A DNA stretch of 64,000 nt from Squalus acanthias. Its lineage: Eukaryota. Position 1 is the stretch's first letter; each line of letters starts with the position of its first letter. Made by a program: the position numbers and the translations under genes. The notes under the pieces were generated by a model. It made no database searches, was not told the origin of the DNA, and saw nothing but the letters and a program-made list of their open reading frames with translations. The stretch covers positions 160,332,001 to 160,396,000 of the forward strand of contig CM059430.1 in the NCBI GenBank assembly GCA_030390025.1, in the 5' to 3' direction. Below are positions 13,487 through 24,972 of the stretch, in pieces.

Positions 13487-14248
13487 GGGCCAGAAATTCG
13501 GCCCTTGCCGGGTGAGTACGCGCTGTGTACTCACCCGTAAGGCCACCTGAAGTGCCGGTTTCTGCATGCACTGCGCATGCGCGGGAAACCGGAACTTCCG
13601 GTCTCGTGAAGGGAGCGGTTCAGAGGTGAACCACGTGCGCGGGAGAGGCTGCGCGCACGCAGCGAACTTAGGGTTTTTTTCAGGTTTCTCCGGGAGGGTA
13701 AGTATGGAAGAAGCTGCGCTTTTAAAAAGGAGGCGCAGGACCCGTTTTCAACAAGGTAAGTGGTTAATTAATTACAATTTAAAAAAAAATTCAACAGGTT
13801 TATCTTTTTTAGATACTTTAAAGAAAGGTAAGTTTATTTTTAGCACTGTTAAAAAGTATTTTAATTTTGTCAAAAATTTTAATTTTTGTTTAAAGTAGTT
13901 AATTTATTTAACTTATAGTTATTTTAAAAATGTGATGGTTTTTAAAAAAATGTATTTGAAGTTTAGGTGTTGTTTTGGGGCCGATTTCAATTCATAGATT
14001 TGACAGGTCTTCCTGTCAAATCTATGAATGAAAGATGGTCTGCTGCCATTGGCTCTCCATGGCCCACGTGATCCCAGGGGACGCATCGCACTAACTACGC
14101 CCCTGGGATACACAAGCACTGCGCGCCGGCAGCTGCAGGAGGCCCAGGAGCTGAAGTCCCCGTGGGCTCAGAGGTCAACGGCAGGCGCGGTAGGTAGGTG
14201 TGCGCGCGATCCTTGCACCCACGGGAAGCCAGGGAGCCTAATTTCTGG
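13487..14248. mobile_element. Harbinger-type MITE, GC-rich ends with AT-rich core
   Basis: GGGCCAGAAATT ... AATTTCTGG termini. Confidence 0.7.
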
Positions 14249-14300
14249 TATGAAATAGATTTCCAGGTAGTGTAGTGCAGGCAAATACCTTGGAACCATT

Positions 14301-14560
14301 TAAAGCCATTTTTACACTAGTCCTGTCTTAGTTTGGATTCCAGTGGACCATCATCCACTAGCTGACTCCCAGCAGTTACACTGTTAAAAACACCTCCCTT
14401 ATCCCAGCAGTAAACTCATACATTGAATTTTTCAAGGGTCTGTGTGTCTGTCACAAAGATAAGGGAGTCAGGTTTAGCAGTGTAAAGGCTGAGAGCTAGC
14501 AGATGGGCACCGGTTTCCTGGATTCTGAACTAAAACAGTAACAGTGTAAAAGTGCCTTTA
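14301..14560. mobile_element. Old short TIR element (Harbinger-like); other mini TIR elements at 56418-56565 and 56940-57052
   Basis: TAAAGCCATTTTTACACT ... AGTGTAAAAGTGCCTTTA. The 56418 element has a perfect AGGGGAGATTTTCT TIR. Confidence 0.55.
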
Positions 14561-16811
14561 AGAAACAGTCGGATACTGTGATGGGGAACTGTAGGTTTTT
14601 TCCTGGATGGGTGAGTTAGGTTGGGTCCAATGGTTTTCCTAGTCTGTATCTATTTTGTAATGGTATGATTGTGCTTGTGAATAAATTCCATGCAGTAATG
14701 AAGTGTACATCATGTGAATCAGCAAACTATACCCAATTTGCATCGTTACAGTACAGTGGGACTTCTCCTTTAACAAACAATGTGTTCAACGCCCATAGTT
14801 AGAGATACAATTGAAAGGAAATTGAGCTTTGTGTGTTAAACCACTTTTACCACATGTGTTGCGTCCAAAACCATGTGACAGTACTTACAAAAGAATACTG
14901 TGTTTGTCTTTCATCTATTAAAGAAAAGTTTTATCATAACTGTATTCAGTGTTGGTGCCTTCTCATTTGTACTACTTCGGTAATTAAAGACACCGTGAAC
15001 TGATATATTTTCTAACACTTGTAAAAGAAGGAACTATTTATTTGTAACATGCAAATATTTTTTTTTGTAATTTTCTTGGAAATTTTTCTCCACTCCCCTC
15101 TCTCTCTTGAAGATCCTGAATCATGCTGGGGTATGGGTGCACAGTTGCAGCAGCTAATTCCCCCAATTTTTCCCCTTATTTCGTGAATGCGATGACTGTT
15201 GCTGGAGTACAGCCCTGCAGTATTTTGTCCAAGAGGCCATTCTTCATGTGTGAACCTCGGCAGTGAATGTTGCAAAGTTATTCAACCACCGGATACATAA
15301 CCCAAACCTACTTCAGTTCTAACCCAAAGTCTTCATATCCAGTAGGGGTAGTAGTCAGGGGTGGGAACCCTGGCTGATTTTCCTGCTCTCTAGGTTTGGG
15401 ACGACAAAGCCAATTGTTGCGTCCCATCTGTTGCCCATCTAAGACCAGCTCACTCGGTGCAAACTGGTTTGTTTTCCCAGTATGTTTAACCATTGGGGGA
15501 AGCTGTCTCAGGTTTTGCTCTCAATTCAACCTTTTTGGATCTGCTTCTGCTCTTTTAGTATTTCCACACCCCTACACTGCTTCTCCACTTCCTTCCCTAG
15601 TTGCATCTTTCCAAAGTCTTGCGCACAGATTAATAGAGAACCCCACAATCGCACCGGGATTATGTCATCTTAATCATCTCCTGACAAAAAGAAATGTTTC
15701 CATTTTTCCTGTTTTTTTGATTGTACGAATGAGTCAGATCTACAAAATGCTTTCAAGTCAAGGAGGACTGGGTAATTATTTTAGTTAATAATAAGCGTGT
15801 CACCGCCCCCCCCCCCCCCCCCTCCCTCCACATCTAGGACTTATCTGAGGGCACTGCCAGCAAGGCAGATGGCCCAAATTCATTCCCTGACGTCGAACAA
15901 GCTGCCTCTGGAGGTGCAACAGGTGCCGGCAAGCTCGCTTATATTATTAAAATGAGGCCCGAAGTTCAATTTCAGGAGAGTTTCAGGCTTCTGGTGTGCG
16001 CTTGGCTAGTGTGAGCCCAGAAACAGGCCGAAATGAATTTCTACCCCAGTGTCCTTTGAATGGAATGTATGCAAATGAGGACACATTGAACCACAAATTT
16101 ATCCCACGCTTATAGCATACAAGAGGCATTTCACCCATTGCCATTTAATATCGTCTGGATGTGCATTGGATTCCTACATATGTATATGCTGCAGGATGCT
16201 GTAGCTTAGAACCTATACTTATCCACTATATAATGTCATGATAATTTTACGTAAACCCAGGGTCTGTGATGAGTTAGTTTATCTCTGCTGTTGTGACAAG
16301 AGCAGAACCATTGGCCTTAGCACCCCTGTGCTAGAGAGGTGACAACTCAGCCAGGACCCCCACTCCTGGTTGGTATCCATTGATCCCTGCTAAAGAGTGT
16401 ATGTGTGTGGGCATCAGGTGAGGACAAGGAACATAGGAACAGGAGTAGGCCATTCAGCCCCTCGAACCTGTTCCACCATTCAGTTAGATCATGGCTGATC
16501 TGTATCTTAACTCCGTTTACCTGCCTTGGTTCCGTAACCCTTAATACCCTTGCCTAACAATAACCAGACTGGATTCTGTGGTTCCTCCCCCCCGCCCCCC
16601 CGCCCCCCCCCCCCCCCCCCCCACCCCCAACATAATCAGAACACATACTGACAGTCAGTGTTTAGGTTCATAAATGAAGAATGACCACCAGAATGAGGTG
16701 CAGGATATATATCCAAGTGAGATTTAAACCCTTCATGAGAGGAGAAAACATTTTTGTAAAATCTCTGCTCTTGCAGTGAGGCCTAAGTCTGACTGTTCTC
16801 TGTTTTTCCAG

Positions 16812-17112
16812 GCCTGGAGGAAGCGTTGGTTTGTGCTACGTAGTGGTCGATTGAGTGGCAACCCAGACGTCCTTGAATACTACAAAAACCACCACTCCAA
16901 GAAACCGCTCCGCATGATAAACCTCACTGAGTGCGAGAATATTGAAGCTGGGTTAAAGCTCAGTAAAAAGGAATTCCAGAACAATTATGTTTTTGAAGTT
17001 AAGACTCCAGCTCGTACATTCTACTTGGTGGCTAAAACTGAGGATGAAATGAACAGATGGGTACGGCACATCAGTCTGATCTGCGGGTTTAGCCCGAGTG
17101 ATGATGGAACAG
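16812..17112 (+). CDS. GAB3: GAB3 coding exon 2 (PH domain)
   Basis: ttccag| acceptor and G|gtacaa donor, 301 nt. Encodes [24 protein letters not shown]...[28 protein letters not shown]. The WRKRWF, GNPDV, EFQNN and VAKTE residues match GAB3 better than GAB1/2 (from recall). Confidence 0.95.
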
Positions 17113-17689
17113 GTACAAATTATAATGATTGCTGTATTACCTGCCTCAATTTCCTGATGGCGGGGGGGACTTCTTTGATGAAATTATATTGGTTACAAAA
17201 AAAAGAAATCCACACCAACTTCATTCTCCAGTAGGGCAAGGATCTGGGCTAAAGCCAGCCATGCTCTTTCTGGCCTCTCTGACTGCTATCAAGAATGGCT
17301 GAACATGAGGACATGATCATAGCACATGTAGCAGCATGCCCTTCTGGCCACAGACTCCAGCCCTCAGCCCTTGCAGGATTGGTGTAATTCCCAGAGTTTG
17401 TCTGAGGTTCAGTACATCATCATGTGCATCAATTTTGAGTTGACCTCGCACCCAGCCGCATGTGCAGCTTCAGTGTGTATGCCTTCATACTTCGCCTCAT
17501 TCCTTCTCCCATGATTCAGCAACCTCCATTAGACTTTACTGATATAGTGAATATGGTGCAGTTATGAATGGCTTTACTATCAGTGAAGCTATGGTTCCAA
17601 AGAGGCTGCTATGGGTTCAAGTTTTTGGAGTATTGTGATTTAGGAGAAGTGTCTGATTTGGAAGTTGTGAAGTAGGTTTAGCTGTGTAA

Positions 17690-18590
17690 GGTGGAATTTG
17701 TTGACTAGTTTCTGGACTGACCTGGATTTAGAAACTCAATTGGTCCAATTTGAAGATAATATTAAACTAGGAGGATCTGTTGATTCTGAGGAGGCAGCTT
17801 GGGAAATACAGAATGAGTTGGATACAATATGTAAGTGGACAGAACAATACAGCCAAGTACTGCCCATAGAAAGAAAATGGGTGGCCTACATACTACATTA
17901 ATTGTGTCAAAAAGCCTAAGGATGAAGTTGAAGGAGATCTAGGATCTTAGTGGACTCAGTACTCAATATGTCCACCCACTGCAGAGCAACAATCAACAAA
18001 GAAATGGAATGCTGAATTATATAGCCAGAACAGTAGAGTACAAATCAGAGGTTATCATACTGAAATTGTGTAGTGCTTTTGGTCAGACCATACCTTCAGT
18101 ACTGTATCCAGTTCTAACCACTGTAAATGTAAAGGAAAATTGAAACTGTAAACAGTTTAGAGAAGAGCCATGCGGCTGATCCCTAGCGAGAGAGATTTGA
18201 GTTATGAGGAAAAACTGGTGAAACTTGGGCCTTCCTATCTTCAAAGGAAGAGACTGAAGTGTGACCTTAGAGATATATAAGATTTTGAACGGTATGGAAA
18301 AGGTAAATCTGAAAAGTGACTTCAAATTAAATTGTGAGTGAAGGACAAAGGAATATAATTCGAACTAGTAAAAGGCAAATTTAGGACTGATTTCAGGAAG
18401 TTCTTCTTCACATGAAGAGTGATCAACGCATGGGATGGACTTATGGGTAGCGGATGGAGGCAAAAATTCTAGAATCATAAATAAAAAATGACATGCCATC
18501 AAGGGGGTTAGTGGCAGGTGGATCTTTAGGACGGACATACTAAGGTGGTTGAATGTTCTTCCTCATCCGCATTTATCTTCTAATCCTGTG
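17690..18590 (+). mobile_element. Old degenerate CR1 RT/3' fragment
   Basis: Decayed FEDNIKLGG (FADDTKLGG-like) and the later RT/3' region, with many stops. Confidence 0.75.
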
Positions 18591-19296
18591 AAGGCCATCA
18601 TTCGACCCTGCTGCAGAGGAAGCTGACCCAGCTCATTCACTACTCTGAATCAAATAGCGATGAACATTGCTGGGTTTTTCTATCAGGTCTGATTTGAGAG
18701 AAGCGGACATTGTTAGGGGTATTTTTGACAGGATAGAAGCTTCTCTTCGGGCTAATAGAGCTACTTTAGGCATTTCAAGTCACTTCCTTTGTGATCGTGG
18801 CTAGCAGTTGTGTGATTTATTCCACCCAGATAATTACAGTCCTACCCACTTATTACGACATTTCGGGGACCGTTCTAATATTGTCGACATAAGCAGTTTG
18901 CTTTGAATTGACGTAAAACTGACCAGAGAATCCTGAATCACTGGCTCTAAACCCCATCCCTACTGTGTTTGTCACCCACACAGATCAAAGTAACATTATT
19001 TAATAAAGAAAATTCCAACTATCGCAAATAGTAACAGTAAATATTACATTATAAAAGTGCCAATTGTAGCGCGAGGTACGAAGCTGACTAAAAAAATGTT
19101 GATACCCAGTCTGATCAGTTCCCAGTACTCGTCCCTTGCCCTTGATGCCTGGGATGTGGCCGACCCTTGACCCCTGTGTGACGCTATCTCCCTGGCGGAC
19201 CCTGATTCTATTTAGTTGCCTCCACTGACCCTGCACTGCTGACTAGCCAGCCTATTTCTAGCAACTCCATCATCACCAACAGCCAGCTTGACACAA

Positions 19297-20143
19297 GGGG
19301 GGCGATTTTTGCCAATGTGGGCGCGTTGGAGGCGGGACTGCTGCTTGTCGGGTCGTTGTCCCGCCTCCATTGACTTCTGGCCAACCCACGCTATTTTCCC
19401 TTGATTGACCTTGTTAAGCCCGCCCAGCGGGCTGAGCAGGCCAATTAAGGGAAAGCTGGTTACAGAGAATGTCAGCGTATGACGTTTCATCTGTCAAAAA
19501 ATTTTGACAGATGAATTGTCATCGTTTGACAGCTCTGTGAAGCTGTCAAACACTGACATTCTATGTTGTTTGATGAGTCCTTGTATTCAAGACTCATCAA
19601 ACCTCTTTCTTTTGCGGAAATTAGATGGTTGTTGCATCGGAGAATGCAGCAGCCATCTGTCATCTCTGCCGGTGAGATGCGAGAGTCTCCGCATCCCCAA
19701 CTGTTGAAGCCTGCAGGAAGAAACAAAGGTAAGTAAACATTTTCTAGCACTTTCCACTCACCTCACATACTTACCTCTCCACACTTGCACCTATCACTTA
19801 CCTTCACAGCGCACTTTTGGACCCCTCTGACTCCCGCAGACCCACTGCTCGCCTCGGTGACCCTGGCGGAGTTTCCCTACGTCGGGAAGCCCACGCTTCA
19901 CTTGGAAAAATGGGGATAATCCTCTTAACTGCCTGTTAACTACCTGTTAACAGGCAGTTAAGTGGCTGTAATCCCCTTCCCCCCTCAAGGAGATGGGACC
20001 TGGCGCGGGGCAGCTACCCGCCTCCTGGCATGATGGCACGGAGGCGGGTTGGGGGCGGGATGGGCACCCACCCCCAGATTCTGCCATTTTCCCGGCAGTC
20101 CCGCCTCCACACCCGCCTCCCCAGGGCTGGCAAGATCGCGCCC
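19297..20143. mobile_element. Harbinger-type MITE family A, nested in 18837-20498
   Basis: Colinear with 1720-2533 over its full length. Confidence 0.85.
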
Positions 20144-20165
20144 ATGGTCTTCATCTCCTGCGGCC

Positions 20166-20252
20166 ATGAGCTCCAAAGCCAACCTGGCAGTAGGCATCCA
20201 ACTGGGTACCACCTACCCCAGTGTTGGGGCCTTCCAGCACAACAAAGTGTGA
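20166..20252 (+). pseudogene. HSP70-family N-terminal fragment inside a transposon
   Basis: gcggccATG then MSSKANLAVGIQLGTTYPSVGAFQHNKV*. 16 of 21 residues match the HSP70 signature [21 protein letters not shown]. Confidence 0.8.
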
Positions 20253-20696
20253 GCAGTATAGAGAACGTGGCGGGAAGGAACGGCGGAGAATCTCTGTCGA
20301 CATAAGCAATGAGAGACATAAGCCGTTAATACTTTTAGGGACTTAAAAATGTTTGTCAACTTAAGTGAGCCAGGGTTTATGTCGACATTAACATGACGGT
20401 TAGTTCTTGGTATTAATGTGCGAAGATAAGACTTTACTTTTATGTCGACATAAGTGAGATGTTGACATAAACAGGTTTGAGGTAAGTAGATAGGACTGTA
20501 CTATTGTTGCTGCCCATCTTTTCTGTTTTTATTTGGTGAAGAACGCTATCTGTAGTTATTTATCTTCCTGGTCAGTTAAATAAAGTGTAGAGATAATGTT
20601 GTTTACTACTGAATAGTGTGTCAGGACAAATGGTATTCTTGAAGCATTACAGTATAATTTTTACCATGTGCTCCAAAGGTATCTCATTATTAGATA

Positions 20697-21471
20697 AAAA
20701 TGAGAAGTCGCACAACACCAGGTTATAGTCCAACAGTTTTATTTGAAATCACAAGCTTTCGGAGTGCTGCTCCTTCGTCAGGTAAAGTGAAGGAATACAA
20801 ATCAGCAAAGCATATATAGACAGAGAACAATGTGTTTCTGACTGCCCTCCATCACACCTCAGCAGAGATACAATCAGTCAGGAAGGCATTACATCAAAGA
20901 CACAGCAAAATACAGCTAAAACAATGAGGTGGGGTCACAGGGGGTCCAACGTGTCAAATGCTGCAGTCTGCAGTTAAGCTTTTTACTTTTTTTTTAAACT
21001 GGAAATCACATCTGTGAACAAGACAACGACGACTCGAGTCTGGATGACTCTACGTCATGTCACGCTACATGACGTAGAGTCATCCAGACTCGAGTCGTCA
21101 TTGTCTTGTTCACAGATGTGATTTCCAGTTTTAAAAAAAAAAGTAAAAAGCTTAACTGCAGACTGCAGCATTTGACACGTTGGACCCCCTGTGACCCCAC
21201 CTCATTGTCTTAGCTGTATTTTGCTGTGTCTTTGATGTAATGCCTCCCTGACTGATTGTATCTCTGCTGAGGTGTGATGGAGGGCAGTCAGAAACACATT
21301 GTTCTCTGTCTATATATGCTTTGCTGATTTGTATTCCCTCACTTTACCTGACGAAAGAGCAGCGCTCCGAAAGCTTGTGATTTCAAATAAAACTGTTGGA
21401 CTATAACCTGGTGTTGTGCGACTTCTCATTTTTGTCCACCCCAGTCCAACACCGGCATCTCCGCATCATGG
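20697..21471. mobile_element. Palindromic Penelope-like element (inverted pLTR plus unpaired tail) with 13-bp TSD
   Basis: Arms 20696-21060 and 21067-21433 are reverse complements around a 6-nt loop. A 38-nt unpaired tail follows. TCATTATTAGATA is repeated at 20684-20696 and 21472-21484. Confidence 0.85.
21344..21380 (+). ncRNA. Minimal hammerhead ribozyme motif (mirror copy on - strand at about 20749-20785)
   Basis: CTGACGA, stem II (GAGC-AGC-GCTC), GAAA, then GCTT with palindromic AGCT stem III, as in Penelope-associated hammerheads. Confidence 0.65.
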
Positions 21472-21837
21472 TCATTATTAGATATGATAGAATATTATCA
21501 TATTGTGATACTTAAAATGAAAAATCAAAATCAAACAAAGTTCTCAAATGCACAACATAATGACATAAATCACATCATGAAGCATCATTCTATAACTTGC
21601 ACGTCATTATTCTAACAAAAATGAAGCATGATTTTTCTGCTTCTTTTCCTTCCCAGCAAAAAAACATGCTTGCTGAACTTGTTTCTCATGAAGAGAGTAA
21701 TCTTAATAGTTTTTAATTTTGACAGACCATTTTTTTCAGATGGGCCAATGTATTCTTGCAAAGTCCATGTCTGTCTAACACTTCAGTACTATACTTATAT
21801 CTGGGAAGTTTCTCCTATCACTTCTTTCAAACTCTTA

Positions 21838-24800
21838 GGCAGGGGGTTGGGCACCTGAGCAGGGAGACAGAGGAAAGCGTGTCAGGAAGGGACAGAAGGT
21901 ATGGAGTAAAAGATAAAGTGTTAAAAAAGGAAAAAGCAGGAACTAAGTGTCACAAAACATATTTGAAAGTTCTTTATCTGAATGCACGTAGCATTCGTAA
22001 CAAAATGGACGAGTTAACGGCACAAATAACTACGTATGGGTATGATCTTGTGGCCATTACAGAAACATGGCTGCAGGGTGACAATGACTGGGAACTAAAT
22101 ATGCCAGGGTATTTAACAATCAGGAAGGACAGGCAGGAAGGAAGGGGAAGTGGGGTGGCTATGTTAATAAAGGAAGGAATCATTGTAATACAGAGAAATG
22201 ATATTGGGTCAAAGGATCAGGATAATGAAACAGTTTGGGTGGAGATAAGGAATAATAAGGGGAAAAAAACACTAGTAGGAGTTGTATATAGGCCTCCTAA
22301 TAGTTGCAACTCTGCTGGAAGAAGTATTAATCAGGAAATAGTTGGGGCATGTAATAAGGGAACAGCTATAATTATGGGGGATTTTAACTATCATATTAAC
22401 TGGACAAATCAAATTGGGCAGGGCAGCCTTGAGGAAGAGTTTATTGAGTGTATTAGGGATGGATTTCTTGAGCAGTATGTAACTGATCCTACAAGGGGGC
22501 AAGCAACCTTGGACCTGGTCCTGTGTAATGAGTCAGGATTAATTAATAATGTCCTAGTTAAGGATCCCCTTGGAATGAGTGACCATAACATGGTTGAATT
22601 CCATATCCAATTAGAGGGTGAGAAGGTTGGTTCTCAAACAAGCGTACTGAGCTTGAATAAAGGAGACTATGATGGTATGAGAGCGGAATTGATTAACGTG
22701 GACTGGGAAAATAGATTAAAGGGTAAGACGGTACATGAGCAGTGGTGTTCATTTAAGGAGTTATTTTACAACTTTCAAAAGAAATATGTTCCACTGAGGA
22801 AAAAAGGGTGTAAAAGAAATGACAGCCATCCGTGGCTAAGTAAAGAAATTAAGGATAGTATCCGACTAAAAACAAGGACATATAAGGTAGCCAAACTTAG
22901 TGGGAGGATAGAAGATTGGGATGTCTTCAAAAGACAGCAAAAAGTAACTAAAGGATTGATTAAGAAAGGGAAGATAGATTATGAAAATAAATTAGCAAAA
23001 AATATAAAAACAGATAGCAAGAGTTTCTATAATTATATAAAAAGAAAAAGGGTGGCTAAGGCAAACGTAGGTCCCTTAGAGGATGAGACCGGGAAATTAA
23101 TGGTGGGAAACATGGAGATGGCAAAAATGCTGAACAAATATTTTGTTTCAGTCTTTACGGTAGAGGACACTAAGAATATCCCAACACTGGACAAACAGGG
23201 GGCTCTAGTGGGGGAGGAGCTAAATACGATTAAAATCACTAAGGAATTGGTACTCAGTAAAATAATGGGACTCAAGGCGGATAAATCCCCTGGACCTGAT
23301 GGCTTACATCCTAGGGTCTTGAGGGAAGTGGCAGTAGGGATTGTGGATGCTTTGGTAATAATTTTCCAAAATTCCCTGGACTCAGCAAAGGTCCCGGCAG
23401 ATTGGAAAACTGCTAATGTAACACCCTTATTTAAAAAGGGTTGTAGGCAGAAGGCTGGAAATTATAGACCAGTTAGCCTAACATCTGTGGTGGGTAAAAT
23501 TTTGGAGTCTATTATTAAGGAGACAGTAACGGAACATTTAGATAAACATAATTTAATAGGACAAAGTCAACATGGCTTTATGAAGGGGAAGTCATGTCTG
23601 ACAAATTTGCTCGAGTTCTTTGAGGACATAACGTACAGGGTGGATAAAGGGGAACCAGTGGACGCAGTGTATTTAGACTTCCAGAAGGCATTCGACAAGG
23701 TGCCACATAAAAGATTATTGCTCAAGATAAAAAATCACTGGATTGGGGGTGATATTCTGGCATGGGTGGAGGATTGGTTATCTAACAGGAAGCAGAGAGT
23801 TGGGATAAATGGTTCATTCTCGGACTGGCAACCAGTAGCCAGTGGTGTTCCGCAGGGGTCGGTGCTGGGTCCCCAACTCTTTACAATCTATATTAACGAT
23901 TTGGAGGAAGGGACCGAGTGTAACATATCAAAGTTTGCAGATGATACAAAGATGGGAGGGAAAGTAGAAAGTGAGGAGGACATAAAAAACCTACAAGGGG
24001 ATATAGACAGGCTGGGTGAGTGGGCGGAGATTTGGCAGATGCAATACAATATTGGAAAATGTGAGGTTATGCACTTTGGCAGGAAAAATCAGAGAGCAAG
24101 ATATTATCTTAATGGCGAGAAACTGGAAAGTACTGCAGTACAAAGGGATCTGGGGGTCCTAGTGCAAGAAAATCAAAGTTAGTATGCAGGTGCAGCAGGT
24201 GATCAAGAAGGCCAATGGAATGTTGGCTTTTATTGCTAGGGGGATAGATTATAAAAACAGGGAGGTATTGCTGCAGTTATATAAGGTATTGGTGAGACCG
24301 TACCTGGAATACTGCGTACAGTTTTGGTGTCCATACTTAAGAAAAGACATACTTGCTCTCGAGGCAGTACAAAGAAGGTTCACTCGGTTAATCCTGGGGA
24401 TGAGGGGGTGGACATATGAGGAGAGGTTGAGTAGATTGGGATTCTACTCATTGGAGTTCAGAAGAATGAGAGGCGATCTTATTGAAACATAAGATTGTGA
24501 AGGGGCTTGATCGGGTGGATGCGGTAAGGATATTCCCAAGGATGGGTGAAACTAGAACTAGGGGGCATAATCTTAGAATAAGGGGCTGCTCTTTCAAAAC
24601 TGAGATGAGGAGAAACTTCTTCACTCAGAGGGTAGTGGGTCTGTGGAATTTGCTGCCCCAGGAAGCTGTGGAAGCTACATCATTAAATAAATCTAAAACA
24701 GAAATAGATAGTTTCCGAGAGGTAAAGGGAATCAGGGGTTACGGGGAGCGGGCAGGAAATTGGACATGAGGCTGAGTTCGGATCGGTCAGGGCCCTGTGG

Positions 24801-24972
24801 GTGGCGGAGCGGGCCCAGGGGCTGAGTGGCCGGGTCCTGCTCCTACTTCTTGTGTTCTTTAGATTTTAGGTTAGGATCAGATCAGCCATGATCTTATTGA
24901 ATGGCGGAGCAGGCTCGAGGGGCTGATTGGCCTACTCCTGCTCCTATTTCTTATGTTCTTATGCTCTTATGA
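21838..24972 (+). mobile_element. CR1-clade LINE, 5'-truncated, near-complete ORF2 (APE endonuclease + RT) with two frameshifts
   Basis: Motifs YLNARS, ITETW, GDFN, SDH, GVPQGSVLGP and KFADDTK. ORF2 is split into 21756-24182, 24184-24492 and 24482-24769. The tail ends in (TTCTTATG)n-like repeats. Confidence 0.97.

Larger units (their letters stand above)
18837..20498. mobile_element. Tc1/mariner-pogo (Tigger-like) non-autonomous element with TA TSD, cargo DNA and a nested MITE
   Basis: TA|CAGTCCTACCCACTTA ... TAAGTAGATAGGACTG|TA (14/16 TIR match). Repeated subterminal TGTCGACATAAG motifs. Confidence 0.85.

Noticed and set aside
15803-16630. Poly-C tracts at about 15806 and 16586
   Set aside because: Simple homopolymers of uncertain length with no further structure.
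1-16811. GAB3 first coding exon (expected about M..G.VVC.GWL.KSPPE.KL.RY)
   Set aside because: No matching frame was found by eye or in the ORF track. It is probably upstream of the window.
21756-21837. N-terminal part of the 808-aa ORF as a real LINE start
   Set aside because: This is read-through from flanking unique DNA; the element is 5'-truncated at about 21838.
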